From: Auanema rhodensis
Lineage: Eukaryota > Animalia > Nematoda
NCBI GenBank assembly: GCA_964057225.1
Contig: OZ059899.1
Location: 11,842,001-11,906,000 of the forward strand
Direction of reading: 5' to 3'
Length of the DNA stretch: 64,000 nt
The notes beneath the pieces were generated by a model that ran no database searches, had not been told where the DNA came from, and saw only the letters and a program-made list of their open reading frames with translations. A program made the position numbers and the translations under genes. Below are positions 26,947 through 43,494 of this stretch, in pieces; within the stretch, counting starts at the first letter, position 1; every line of letters starts with the position of its first letter.

Positions 26947-29900
26947 ATGGGAGGTAGCCCCAGTCGGCCGGAAAACTGCATGCACGGTTGTTGGTCGTTT
27001 AGATCTAGGTACGTCTCCATATACGGAGACATTATTTCTGTTTTTTCATTATGGCGCTTCATCTTCACATCATTTTCAAGCATAATATATATGTAAATTC
27101 TCCATGCTTCATTCAATAATTTCAGAATTGAGAACGATGAATCGTATGTGAAGAAGGGAGGGGGGAAACGGCCGAAGAGATTAAAAAAACTAAGGTTTGT
27201 CTTTTCTTTTCTCATCTCTACATAATATATGATGCTGCGATCATTTTTTTGCTTTATTTTTATTGTCTTTCTTTTTCCTTCTCCTTCGCTTTCTCTATTT
27301 CTCTCTCTCTTTTCAAAAACAATACTTAAAAAAAATTGGTGCAGGTGATCTACTCTCTTATCAATGTGCAACAATTTCTTACGTTGGGTGTATTGGTAGT
27401 TAAAATTGAACCGAAATCGTCTTTACAATATTTTCTATCGATAATGTTTTTAGGCTTGAATTGGACTCATCTAATGGCCACAGATGGAATGATATTCCAA
27501 CTCCAAGTATTTGTGAAGGTCCCGAGTACGATTTACCGCCTCAGCCGCCTACACAGGAAAAATTACTGCAGGTAGGGCTTTCTACTGATTGAAAACAATC
27601 TTGTTAATAGTCATTGTTCGCCAATGTACTGATTCATCTTTACTGTTTCTTCTTTTAAAATTAAGTGTATGACGCTCCATCGTCACTATAATTTAAAGTA
27701 TTCAGTTGTTTTTTTCCTAATATTTTGCTGTCTGTTATAGATTTTGCCTCGAAATTATTATTTAATGTTCATATTTGGTTTTCAGATGATCCACTGTTTT
27801 CCCTTTCCCACACCCCGTAACACTCCTCAAGCATCTCCCAGGTTATCGTGTAAAAACGAAGAAAGTGCACTCAATATTGAAGAATCCCATCCTCGAACGG
27901 ACAATGCGTTCAATTCCGCTTTCGAAAAACTTGTCCAGGTACGCTTTCTTAATATTATCAAATGTGAGCTTGGTTGTGAGAAACTGGTAATTTTGAAACA
28001 GCGGGGTAGCATTTACTGGAATCAATGAACTTTTTTTCGCACAGTCGTGACTATTGCCGGAATTCCTGTTCCAATTGGTCTCACTATTCGACATTTGCTC
28101 TCGTGTTCTTTTATCTATAATTTCATCGTTGTTTTTCGTCACTTGATCTGAAATATGTCACTTATTCTATAGTGGCTTCTGTAACTTTTGAGGATCACTT
28201 ATCTATTGAGTTCTCTTCTGTTATCAATTTTTTCTAATACCTATCATGACGTCAATAGAAATGATTTACCATTATTGAAGCTATTTTAGATCATATAGTT
28301 TTCTTTTGTTTTTAAAAAATCATTTCATATCTCTTTAAACCCTTTCTCCTCTTCCTTGTGCTTAATTTTTGAAAATACCTCGAAGTATAATGAATACTTT
28401 TTATTTTCAAATTCCATTCATTATCAGCAGCTACTTTTTTTTTGAAATTTCTAAATTTGATACCATTTCCTTGAGTTTAACCTCATGATTCTTCAATTAT
28501 CATCCGTCTTCTATAAACAGTCATGTTTTTATGGTGAGGTTGTTGTGGTTAGGTGTACCCATGTGTTTCTATGATTACAATCATATTTCTAAAAGTTTCT
28601 TCTCACAGTTCGCTACAATAGTAGTTTACTATGACTATTGTCGAAATATTTCTTTTAATCTTTAATATTTTTATTTTTTTGTATCCAGCTTCAAAGATGA
28701 TGATGCGAGTGAGAGGAATACAATTCTGTATTTCTCCGTACTAAAACAGTGAAATGTTGATTTCGCTCGATTGTGACGTTCGATTGGTCACGAGGGAATA
28801 ATGGTGTGTAATTTTGTTTCAAAAATTTATGATTTTTTATTTCATTTTACAAAAATGAAAATCGATTCAAAAAATATTCCACTTTTCACGTTATTCATTT
28901 TTATGTACGATCTTGTTTTCTTTTGGAATATTTCCAAACCAGAATATTTGTCATGTTCCATATTACATAGAAACGTGACAGTTTGATCACATGGTCTGGT
29001 TACATCTCATGTGGACTCTGTAAGCATTCTATCTTGCTTTTCGTCACAGAGAGTTCTTAGAGAGGCACACAGTGGCTCTTAATATGATTAAAGTTATCTT
29101 TCCGTTAATGTTGATAATCTATTTTCACTTTTTCGACCATGATACACTTTTCTCACGCATGTACACCTATTTAACGTTTTTTTTTCTCATATTGAACTAA
29201 CTTGCTGATGCGACAGGCTTTTGGCATCTATTTCTCAAACTTGTATTACATGTTTGTGTGCTCAGCATCTAACTGTTTAGTCCGAAAACTTTTTTCTTCT
29301 CTTTTTCTTTTCCGGTTCAAGTTTTGCGTTTCCGCGAATCGTCAATTTTTCTAAAATCAACGCTTTCTTTTGTCTTATGTGCAAAATATTTCAATTTACC
29401 ATGATGTCGGTTCGCCAACTGTTGCTTGAAAGAATCAATATTATTCCTTGAGTTTACAGACGGCCCCGTCAATTCTGCGCATCGTTTTCGGCTTGCACAT
29501 TGCCGATTCATATCTGAAAGCATTGCTTTCACACATTGAAGATAGTGTACTTCTTTCAAATTTTCTTTGCCACAACGTGAATGTCCAAAAAACTTTTTCT
29601 TCATAGGCTTCTTGATGCACGATTGTTATCTAAGTTATATTTGCATTGGTGAGCCACTATCAGCACTTCTGTGTCTTTGCCCCTTTCTCCCCAATATCAA
29701 GCCCACCCCCTGTCCATTTCCTTCTTGTCGTTCATCGACTTATACTGATTTTTTGACTCTGATTTTTTTTGTCGTCAATCCTGTCGTCTTCAATTCTACC
29801 TCGTCTAGTCAAAATTCGGTCGCTCGATATGGCCGCCATTGAGCCGCGGATATCAGCTCATCAACCAACAACGTCATCATCTATACTTCTGAGAGGAAAT

Positions 29901-32710
29901 TCTGCTGTTGGACCTTCTATTTCTTATTTTACCCGTCTGAATGATTCCTCTGATTATCAACTTCACCATAACCATCATCATCATCGATATCGAGAGGCAT
30001 CATTCCAACTAGGCAAACGTTTGCTTGGATTAGGTCAACGTTCATATTCTCTGTGTGAAGATGTAAGTTTAAAATTCGTGTGATTATGTTGTTTCATCAC
30101 AAAAAAAAAACATTAATTAACCCTCTTTTTCTATGCTTTCTTCACATGTTTACTAAAGTTGTGATTTTCCTAAGCATACGTGACTGTCACCCATGACATT
30201 CATGTAACTTCTGTTATCTTCTGAGTTCCTATTAATAGTTTTTATCATAAGAGAGCAACTTAATAGGGCAGTAGGTGAATAGTTAAATCCCTTCTTAACA
30301 TGACGTGAACGCCACGTAAACACCCCCATGATGCCGTATAATCGGATTTCACCGTAATCATGATCCACAATTACCGTGTTTATTGATTTTAATAGTTCCA
30401 ACATACAGTCTGTGCTCCATTTTATTGTTCGGTTCCAGCTTTCTGAAAGAGTTCAAGCAAATAAATTTGTTCTCAGTTTGATCATTTGCCAGAGTGAGTG
30501 ACTCAAATCAAAATATCTTCTGAGAAAGCCATTGTCAACATTTTAATGACACACAGCTCATTTTCGAGATTTATGAAATGTGTGATAGGTAAAACTCCTC
30601 TTATCTAGCTCTTTTATCCTGATGGTTTGTATGTGCTTCCCATAAGCTGATTAATTCTCAGAATAATGATAACTATTCCTCTTTCCTTGAATACTACTTG
30701 CGAGAAACATTTTTTTGTGTGTTTGAGAGAGAATAACCTTGTTTCATACATTTATCCCATTTTCCCATCTATACTAAATTTTGTTTGGATTGTGTTTGTG
30801 AAAAAATTGATTTTTCCGGTCCTTTGCCTAACAAAAAACTATGGGAGAATGTTAAATACATGAAAAAAAATCATTCTAATACATGACGATCGTGAAATTT
30901 CTTTTTTCAGGTTTCAGTTGAAACCATGGCCATTACTGCCCTGCCGATGGATATTTGGCTGAAGGAAAGGCTGAAAAAATGGGTCCAGTTGTCAGGTCAT
31001 GAGGGTAAGCGAATAATATACTTCTTCTTGCTTTCTCTTATCTCCTTTTTCACCAATGTAGTTCTAAATTTTGTTTTACTTTATGTCCAGTGTCTCGCAT
31101 GATTTTCGCGACGCGTGCCAGAAGAGAATAATCAGTTAAAAGGGCCATGTTATCAAACCCATCAGTTTTTTGCCAGTGTATTGACGTAGACTACATACTC
31201 TCATCATTTTTGATTTTCGGAATGTTTGTTAATATCGCTGATAGCGCTTCGAAACCTACTCAAGTGTTGTTTAAAATTCCCCAAATTTTAAAAAGTCTGT
31301 GAGGAAATAATGACTCTCTTTCCCCAAGGTTAACAGTTAAGAAGACTTATGTAGGGATTCATATATTATCAAAAAATTTTTCTGTATACAGATACATATA
31401 TGGAAATATAATCTTATAAGTATCTGATAGGAAGAGCCAACTTCTATAGTTTCCAAATGGAATGTGTTTTTTCCATTACAGGAAGTTAAAGATGTATAAA
31501 TTGGTGGTGAGAAATATGAGGAAAAAAGGTTAAAACTTTGGTAAAAATGGAGAAACAATGCCATTTTTAACAGGAAACGTTTTAGAGACAATGGAATAAT
31601 GTAAAACATGTGACTAAGCTAGAATTTTCAAATTTCAATTTCTATTTCCAGGTAGTATTGTTCCTGCTTCATGCCAGACATTATACAAGAAACAAAATGG
31701 AAACTGTAACGAAGCACGTGCTTACGAAGGAATAATGAAAGATCCTATATTAAGTGGCTTAACACCAAGATATTATAGGGAATTACAAAAGAATGAAGAA
31801 TGTATGAAGAATATTATAAGAAATGTTGTTTCATTTTTAATTTATAGCTTTCATCGAAATAGAAGATCTTTTACAACAATTTTCTGATCCAACTAATGTA
31901 TCTATAATGGATGTTAAAATTGGAACTAGGTTCGTCTAGTATATCTCAGAATATGCTCAGTGTTCTTCATTCTATAGAACTTTCTTGGAATCAGAAGTCT
32001 CTAACACTAAAAGAAGAGCTGATTTGTATGAGAAAATGGTTGCTATCGATCCTACTGAACCTACAGACGAGGAAAAGCAACACAAAGAAATTACTAAACT
32101 AAGATATATGCAATTTCGGGAACGCGAGAGCAGTTCCGCCGAATTAGGTTTTAGAATTGAAGCTGCTAAGGTATTTGCCAGTTGTGAAGCGCTTAATATT
32201 GATCAAGTTTTGTTAGATGCCTGGTGGATCTCTACAGAAAAATTTCAAAAAAGTCAAAACGGCTGCTGATGTGACCGAAACGTTTAATGACTTTTTTGGC
32301 TCTCACGCTAAGAACATTCATGGCCAGCTCTTGAAAAGATTGGTAGCAATGAGAGATGCTGTTGAGAAGAGCAGCTTCTTTGCTACCCATGAGGTAGATT
32401 GACTATTTGTTTTAAACGTAAAGTGATACTTCATTTAGGTTGTCGGAAGTAGTATGTTGATAGTACATGATGGTGAAAAGGTTGGATGTTGGATGATTGA
32501 TTTTGCAAAATCACATCCAGTAGAGACAGGCAGAAAAATGAATCATAGAAGCTCCTGGAGACCAGGGAACAATGAAGACGGGTATTTATATGGAGTAGAC
32601 AATCTTGTATCAGTGCGTACTTCCCCTGTAAGGATATATTTCATTGTGCATCTTTGCAGATTTTGGAGAATTTCAAAACTAGCAGCAGTGAAATTGACAC
32701 AGGAAGGTGA
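26947..32710 (+). CDS. lfe-2: Inositol 1,4,5-trisphosphate 3-kinase, long isoform (5' exons at 26947, 27126, 27454, 27786; core from 30911)
   Basis: Core motifs WVQLSGHEG, IMDVKIGTRTF, TKLRYMQFRE, GFRIEA, SSMLIVHD, MIDFAKS, WRPGNNEDGYLYG. The four upstream exons splice in frame. Core is confident; 5' exons are inferred from phase compatibility. Confidence 0.88.
29829..30062 (+). CDS. lfe-2: Alternative first coding exon of lfe-2 (MAAIEPRISAHQ...RSYSLCED)
   Basis: ATG-initiated open frame ending in a phase-0 GTAAGT donor, compatible with the phase-0 core exon at 30911. Confidence 0.65.
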
Positions 32711-35285
32711 CATCAAGCAGATTGTCACATATCTTCATCTTAGCCTCATTCTTGTCATAATGTTCAAAATCAACTCCGTCATTCCTCAAATGTTACATAT
32801 GTTTTTCACCGGCCTTGATCAACAACATTGCTCACATACCATTGGCGTTTACATTTCAGCATAATGCAGTCCGTCTTCCATGGGTATTTTATGATTATTA
32901 TGCGTAGGACATGTGCTTTCCCTAAGGATTTCCTGGTTATAATAGTGGCCGTCAAACGCTGACCCCCATGTATATACTCCGGGTTTTGAAGAAATATCTG
33001 TTTAATGTCAAATTTGTGTTTTCTGGATTTCTACTTAACACACCTGTGTAATTCATAAAATAAAAAGCTATCTGCGTAGTGCTCAGATATGAACGAGGTA
33101 AACTATTTAGTTGTCGAGTCATATCAAACACCCCAATATCCTTCGAAACCCAGTGCACTCATACTCAAAGTCGAAAACAGACAGGTGAAGATGTTTTGCA
33201 TGTTGTTAATTGTCCTTATATGCAAAAAGAGAAAATAAAAATTCGATTTATCACGTATTCATATTGTTTCCGGCTTGGGTCGGCTTCCACATTTTTGGAC
33301 TTTCTGGATGATTCAATGATATGCATAAGCCAGATGTTAAATTTATTCCTACACAAGGCAATTTTCCGATATTTGATACTTCAATGAAATTCGTAATGCT
33401 GAAAAGGATTGATCGAATACATTGGGGGACCTTGTGATTCATATAATCGTTACATTGGAAATCGTGGAAATTGTTTGCTATATTCTATTTTTCTATTATG
33501 ACAGTTTGTTCACTTCAAAGTATTTTCTTATGCTTAAAGTAATATTATTATTAATAATAACAACAATAATAATATCAAAGTATACATTTAAAGATAAGCT
33601 GTATGTATGTAAGTTGACACTAGATTCTTTTTCAATTCAAATTAATTTCTTATTTTATACAAATCTAATCATTCTTAAAAATATTTTGTATTATTGATTG
33701 ATTAAATGTTTGGGGAAAAAATGAACAACCGTTTCTCATATTTGCACGCTCGAAAATAAATTGACGTGAAACGTGAAAACGTAAAACTTTTAAACCTTAC
33801 ACTACGCCTAACACAATCAGAGGGAAACTTTGTAATCCACACAAATTCTTTGGAATTTCAAACATTTAATTTTTCTTATTCATATTTAAGTTCCGGTCAA
33901 ATTATCTCTCGAAACAGGAAATAGGAAAACTAAAGAATATAATAACATGAGATGCAACCATCATTGCTATCAACAGTAAACTAGGATACTCAAAGAAATT
34001 CGCCAAAATTGTCATAAAATCCGAAATTAAGATATATGATGATGAAGTTCAATATAAGCATCATCAGTGTTCGTTAAGTGTTTGATAAAAAAATGTAATC
34101 AATCAAATTCTATTTCATTGAAAAAGAAAATAAAGCATTGTTATTTGTTTTTCTTTTACATTCATTTTCTATGTAACCATTAACAACTTTAATATATATT
34201 CTTCCGATGTAATAACTGTATTATAAAAAGTTGGAGAAGAAATAAAATATAATATATTGTAATTATTCAAAAAAGAAGTAAATGGAAAACAATCAACAAA
34301 AGTGAAAAAAAATATTATGACACCTATGTAGCTTATTGTAAAAAAAGTGAATTAAATCAAAATCTATGCAAGTTTTGGCCATGAATTGGAACCTTATCCA
34401 AATGGAATAAAGTAATAATTTTCAAAATAAAATAAAAATAACATATAACTATGAGAATAACAGTACTGTTTGCACATACCCTCATACGAAGTTAATATTT
34501 TCCATTAGTTTTTTTTCTCTTCAAATGGAATACTACATACGTTATGATATTCTGTATTGTTTTAAAATCTTGAATTTTAATCGTTTACTTCAATATTTCT
34601 TTAAAGTAATTAGAAAAGTCGAAATAAATGTAAACGAATACGGTACGAATAATGACTAAACAGGGATTCTTCGTATTGTTAGTCCTTTTCTAAAGGGTAT
34701 CGAACTACAGCGCTTTTTAATTGTAGGCTAAAGGGGGACTTTGCTCTTTTGATCAACTGGAAACTTAAATTTAGCACATAAATGAACAAAGATAGATACA
34801 ATACGCGGGGCAAGTTTTCTTAATTTCTACAAAACTGGAACAAACCTCAAATGTATTTCTGATTTTATACTATTTTTAATCAAAATGTTCATATTTCTAT
34901 CACTAAAACTGAAAATACTTAAATAGTATGTTAGTGACACTATTGTCATTGCTGTCTGTTCTGAACTATGACCAGCACCTATGAAATACTACAGTCTCTT
35001 GTAAAACTATTTACTTGAAACACGTGATTATATACAATTCTAACAACTGCATAGGGTCCGAAAAAATAGTTATCAAAGCACTCACTTGAAACTTTATCTT
35101 AAAAGTAAATAGTTCGGTTTGCAAGAACAGACACGGTTTTTAAGCCGAATCTAAGTTTAACTGTAACGTAATTTCCGTCTAATAATAGACGTTTAGTTTA
35201 GTACGCAATTGCGTATTGTACTTGATAATTTTTTTTCCATGTTTCGTCCTTGCCTAATTTACCAGTAAGCTTTACGAATAAGCCT

Positions 35286-37732
<2,447 letters not shown>

Positions 37733-39859
37733 ATTTCACTAATGTTACCATTGTTATCATTGTTATCATTATTTGTAAAATGTATTTTAATATTCATATA
37801 AGAATTTTGCAAAGTTAAATGAATCTTAGAAGTATATCCGCCAAACCCACCTGTTTCGTCTATCACCCTGTGCCGCTGGTGCTACTTTGTACACAGCTGT
37901 GCTTCTGTCCAGAAGATTCGTTACACTCTATACTAAAGAAGAGCAGCTCTGATCAATATCAACCTTTAAACGTGAACGGCTTCCTGGTTTTCCTTAAGTT
38001 TTTTTAGTTTGTTTTCGATTTGTTCATTTCTAATGGAGAAGTGCATCAGATTATGTGTGTTTTCTTTATATCTTAAGCTGGATGGAAAATATGCCTGTAG
38101 CTCTATTTATCATACATCCGGTCATCTCAATTTCTGATCTCATACTCTTTTGGGCTCAATAATAACATGGTATGCTCCCAGGGGACAGCTTGCATCCATC
38201 ACTTCAGGCATCGTCTGGAAGGGCCTAAGCATCGATAATGTCTCAATGATGAGCCAGTTGTTGTAACCATTTCCAGGGTTCCAACTCTGAACCTTTCATT
38301 CCTATTCAATAATCGTTATAATATATTGAATACTAGTAGCTTGGATATGCTTATTTCTCATTTCCCCGACTCTATTAAATGGCCCGGTTGATTGCAGTTC
38401 TCAGATTTCATTCACAACTCAAACTAAGACAGCCTGTTTCCAGTAGCCAAATAATGCGGCCTAGCTTTCTATTGGATTTACATTGATTCTAGTTATTTGA
38501 ATTGTACATTTTCTTGCCAATCGTTAACAATTTAACTATATATTCGACTATCATGCCACCCTATTAGAATACGTGGCAGTTCACGTGAAATGCTAAAGCC
38601 TATACATCATTTGAAGACGATTTTACTTGATGAACGGTTGCCCATATGATTATGTTATTTGTTTTGTATTCTTTTTTTTATAAAATGTAAATTTTTTAAT
38701 TCTAATCTTAGTCAGTTGGTTTAACTAAAAGCTGACACCCAGAAGAGTGAAACAGAGGGAAAATTTATTTTGTGTGTTGTTCATTTCAATGTTTGTTTCA
38801 TTCATAATTCTATAAGGGATGAAATGTCGAGAGCATTCTTTCCAGAATAGTCTGTAAATACTGAGACGTTTAAAAGAAAAAAAAGTAAAAACAATCGTTT
38901 AGTAAGAGAAGCTTCTGAGATTTGCATCATCTGCCTGGAATTCTTCTCATAAGAGAATGACTCCCAATGAATGATGTAAGATTATTTGCAAGTACTGGAA
39001 GGCAATAGTAAAACGACAAAGGGTTTTACCAAGCATATGTCTCAAACAGCAGCAGGAATGTAAGCCCTCTTGGTAATCCTTCTCTTCAGTGTGCCTCCTG
39101 CGAGCGGACCAAAGGAGGCATCGAGCAATTCTTCATACCATTATACTCATCCTACTGGCTTAGTTCCTTCAGAATTTGCAGTCAAATCTCGGAGATTCTC
39201 CTGGCTTTTGACCCTATTTTTCTCTTTTCATCCTCTCCCTCTCTTGCCACTTTATGTGATTCTCATTCCCTCTTCTTCTTTTTCCTTTTTATTTTTGTTT
39301 CTCTATCTTTCTAACAACTTGCTCCCGTTACATCCCTCATCCCTTCACTCACCAGCCTTATTATTCTTCACAAATTTTTTTATTTGTGGATCTTATCTGG
39401 CTTTCCATAATTAATTTTTACTTTGTGTCTGAATGCAGACATAATCGTTCAATAGTAATGAAACTTTCTTTATTGCTCGTTCTTGTGGTATAAGTCTCAT
39501 TGCTATTCCTTGCTCTATCCCTCCATCTCTCTTTCTCTCTTTCTCTTCGACTTTCTCTCTATCTCACGTTTACTCCTCTCTTTTTCTTGTGAAATTCATG
39601 TGCACAGACTGAAGGATCTGTTGAAAAGTCTAACTTTCAATAGATTTCCCATCTTTCCTTTATATATTTTTGTCATTATTGAAATTCTTAATATTTCAGA
39701 CGTTCTAGTGGTCTTTAATGCATCTAGTCCATATTCGGGTAATACATAGAAGTCGTCGTGCATTGTGGCCAATTGTTTAGAAGAAAGCTTTTTCTTAAAA
39801 CATTATTCACTCATCATTGCAAGTAGCCATTTGCTATTTTCATCACCGTCCTCATCAGT

Positions 39860-42108
39860 ATGGCAAAGTATCTTCTGCTGCTAACATCATCAATTCTACT
39901 GATTTTCTTAATATTTACCTGTTTAACAGATATAGGTAACAGATCTTAAGTTCAATTCATATGTTTTCATCAATCATAACTTTAGTATCAGCTTCTGAAG
40001 ATGAGGAACGTCTCATGGTTGACGTGTTTAGAGGCTATAACTCTCTTATACAGGTTAACTTGTACAATATCACTTCAAACTGAAGTAAATTGATTTTCAG
40101 CCTGTTCGGAACATCAGCGAAACACCAATCATAGTCAAAATTGCTCTTCAGCTTGTTTTACTGATTAATGTGGTTAGTTTATTATAATTTATTCATTTTT
40201 ATTTTAATTTAATTCTTTTACCTATTTTAGGACGAAAAAGATCAGGTTATGCACACGAATGTGTGGCTGACACTAGTAAGTTGTCTCTTATTTGTCTATT
40301 TCTACTTTCATATATTCACTTGCTTAATGTTTTTTATTTGAATTATTAAGAAATGGCATGATTTTCAAATGAGATGGAATCCCGTTAATTATGGAGAAAT
40401 TAGGCAAATTCGAGTTTCACCGGATAAAGTCTGGCTTCCTGACATTGTTTTATTCAATAAGTTCGTGTTCAAAATCAGCTTTTTTCTTTAAAAATTAAAA
40501 TTTTCAGTGCTGATGGCAACTATGAAGTTTCATTCATGTGCAATGTTGTTATCAATAATATTGGAGAAATGTTATGGGTACCACCAGCTATTTATAAAAG
40601 TTCATGTATTATAGGTAATTCAAGTTATTTTCAAGTTTTAAGTTTTAAGCTTACTTTTCAAGATGTTGAATTTTTCCCTTTTGATGAACAAGTTTGTACA
40701 CTTGTATTCGGATCATGGACAGTATGTTTTATTTATTTTCTTTGTGTTTATCAAAAATTAATTCTTAAGTATAATGAAAATGAAATCAAATTGGAATTTG
40801 AACAAGCTGAATGGGTTGATCTATCCGAATATTCTCCATCCTCTATTTGGGATTTGATGGATGCTCCTGCTAGTTTAGTTAATAAACGTAGTCGTATTGA
40901 ATTCCAAGTTCGTATAAGGTTCGTTTACATCATTTTCAAATTCAAATTTCATTCATTTTTCATTTCTTATAGAAGAAAAACATTATTTTATACTGTTGTT
41001 CTTATTATACCAACTGTTTTAATGGCATTTCTTAGTATGGCTGTATTCTTTTTACCTACAGATTCAGGTATTCAACTATTTTATTTTTTACAAATTCAAT
41101 AATTTCCATTTTTTCAGGCGAAAAAATGACATTAACTATCTCAGTTTTACTTTCAATTGTTGTGTTTCTTTTACTAGTTTCTAAAATTCTTCCACCAACT
41201 TCAAGTACAATTCCTTTAATGGCCAAGTAAGATTTGTTTATTTTTTCTTTTATTCGAAATAAAAATTCTTTTTTTTCAGATATTTACTACTTACATTTGT
41301 TTTGAATGTTATAACTATCTTAGTTACTGTTATTATAATTAATGTTTATTTCCGTGGACCAACAACTCATCGTATGCCACAATGGGTTCGAACTATGTTT
41401 TTGGATGTTAGTTTCAAATATTTTCATCTTTTAACATTTTTATTTATTTCAGTGTATGCCAAAGATTATGTGCATGCAACGTCCTAAATCAGCTTCTCGC
41501 AAGCTTCTTCAGGTACTTTTTCTAGTCATCTGAAGCTGACTAATTCTATGTTTTCATTTATTCATTTTAGGCACAAGCTAAGAAAACTATTGCTCAACTA
41601 CCGGGCTTGGGTCAATTTTCGTTAAATCCAGCAGCTCATCATCCATTTTGTCCATCTGCAGATGATTCAACAGCCAATGTTCGAACAATGCATTCACCTT
41701 CAGAAATTGAAAGAGATCCAGCAACAGCATGTTTCTACCCATTATCACCAGATGCTCTAAGAGCTATTGATGCTATTGAATATATTACTGATCATTTAAA
41801 ACAAGATGAAGAATATAAGATGGTAAATCATTTGTTTTTCCTTACTTATATTTGAAAAATCCTTTTCAGTTCCGGGATGATTGGAAATATGTAGCAATGA
41901 TTATTGATCGTTTACTTCTTTATGTGTTTTTTGGAATCACAGTTGGAGGTACATGTGGAATCTTATTCAGTGCTCCATATGTCTTTCAAGGTATATCATA
42001 CTATTTTCCTTTGGATCATTATCATATCTTTTTTCTATTTCAGGTGTTGATCAAAGAGAAGTTTTACAAAAATTAATTGATTTGTATAAGCATAAAGGAG
42101 CTTCATGA
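39860..42108 (+). CDS. unc-29: Nicotinic acetylcholine receptor non-alpha subunit (levamisole receptor)
   Basis: Signal peptide, [24 protein letters not shown], Cys-loop [15 protein letters not shown], no vicinal CC in loop C, TM1-4 ([14 protein letters not shown]; [29 protein letters not shown]; [20 protein letters not shown]), cytoplasmic [11 protein letters not shown]. Matches C. elegans UNC-29 as I recall it. Confidence 0.95.
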
Positions 42109-42732
42109 CGAGATAATACACTGAGTAACATACTAAAAAATTTGTTTAAGAATATTTCTGCACATTTTCATGCTTCCGGGTCTAATTTAATAAATATTTG
42201 AAATGAAAATACATGTATATTCATAAGAACCACGTGAACAACCGTTCGTCATCTGTGTTAAAATGAAAAATAAACCATTGACGTGAATATACACACGTAT
42301 GCTAATATCTGTCATTTTATCTTTTTTTTTTTAAATTTAAAAACTATTTATTATTTCAATTATGATAAAAATATATTTATAGAATGTTAAATATTAAAAA
42401 TAATCTTTGATCAAAAATAAATTTTGAAAATCTTATGAATTCATAACGTACAATGACTAGTAGCTTTCATTGTAATATGAAGAAGCTAAGTATATTTGTT
42501 TGATGATGATTCATAATGAGAATAAACTGTTACTAGAACAAACAATATCTGTACCTTTTCCCACATTTTTTTAAAATTCGAAACCTATTTCTGTGAATAC
42601 AGCTAAATCATATTTTATTTGTTTCAATATATTGATTTTTTTTTTTTATTAATTCTTGTTAATAGTTTTTAATTTTTTGTTTAATTTTTCTCTTCCCTGA
42701 ATAAAGTTATGATTGTACTTTCCTGATAAGAT

Positions 42733-42763
42733 GTGTGTGTGTGTGTGTATGTGTGTGTGTGTG
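42733..42763. repeat. (GT)n microsatellite
   Basis: GT run with one interruption. Confidence 0.85.
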
Positions 42764-43427
42764 TATGACTATGGTTCTGCAATACGGCCTACTCAGTACT
42801 TGAAAATAAGAGATTCTCAAATAAAGTTTTAATTTCAAACTTGAGAATATATGAAAAAAAAGTTTTAAAGTATAAAATAATTGAATAAGCTTTAAGCTGC
42901 CCCATTTCTATGAAATGAAAATATGTAAAGCCTTTTTCATGTTTTTGTATTTAAATGACTATTTAAGCGTTGCGTGGTAACCATAAACGCTGATTCAAAG
43001 ATTCGAGCTTTTCCCTATTTTTCCTCAATTTTCTTTTCTTTCATATTCATTGTTTACATGCCACTCTGTCTAGATTCTTGTTTCTTTATTTAAATATTTT
43101 CAAATTCATTGCATTTACAAGTTTTATCATTCGAACTCTTGTAGTGACGTGGGATAGTGATATCCATCTGCTATTCGAATGAAAAACAAATGGAAAAAAT
43201 TGCCCTCTTCATCTATTTTAAAATATTTTTTATATGATTTGTCAAGTTTTAATCATGAAGCAGGTGTACAAATAAGTTCAATTTCTTTTCTGTTTTAACC
43301 TGATAAAGGCAAAACTGTCATCCCATAACTAGCTAGAACGATTCGCTGATTCTTCCGGTCGGATTGTTTGCAGAGAGGTCGGAAGGGAGCGGTTAGCGAA
43401 ATAGAACGTAAATCGTCGTCTTCTCAT

Positions 43428-43430
<3 letters not shown>

Positions 43431-43491
<61 letters not shown>
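43431..43491. repeat. (CT)n microsatellite
   Basis: ~30 CT units with one interruption. Confidence 0.9.

Positions 43492-43494
<3 letters not shown>

Noticed and set aside
26868-27374. 168-aa minus-strand ORF
   Set aside because: Antisense to in-frame lfe-2 5' exons and CT-rich intron; no motifs.
28535-28600. TGAGGTTGTTGTGGTT, let-7-like
   Set aside because: Seed differs from GAGGTAG and the hairpin is weak.
38246-38290. ATGATGA...CTGA box C/D-like pair
   Set aside because: Only ~45 nt, no terminal stem, no identifiable guide target.
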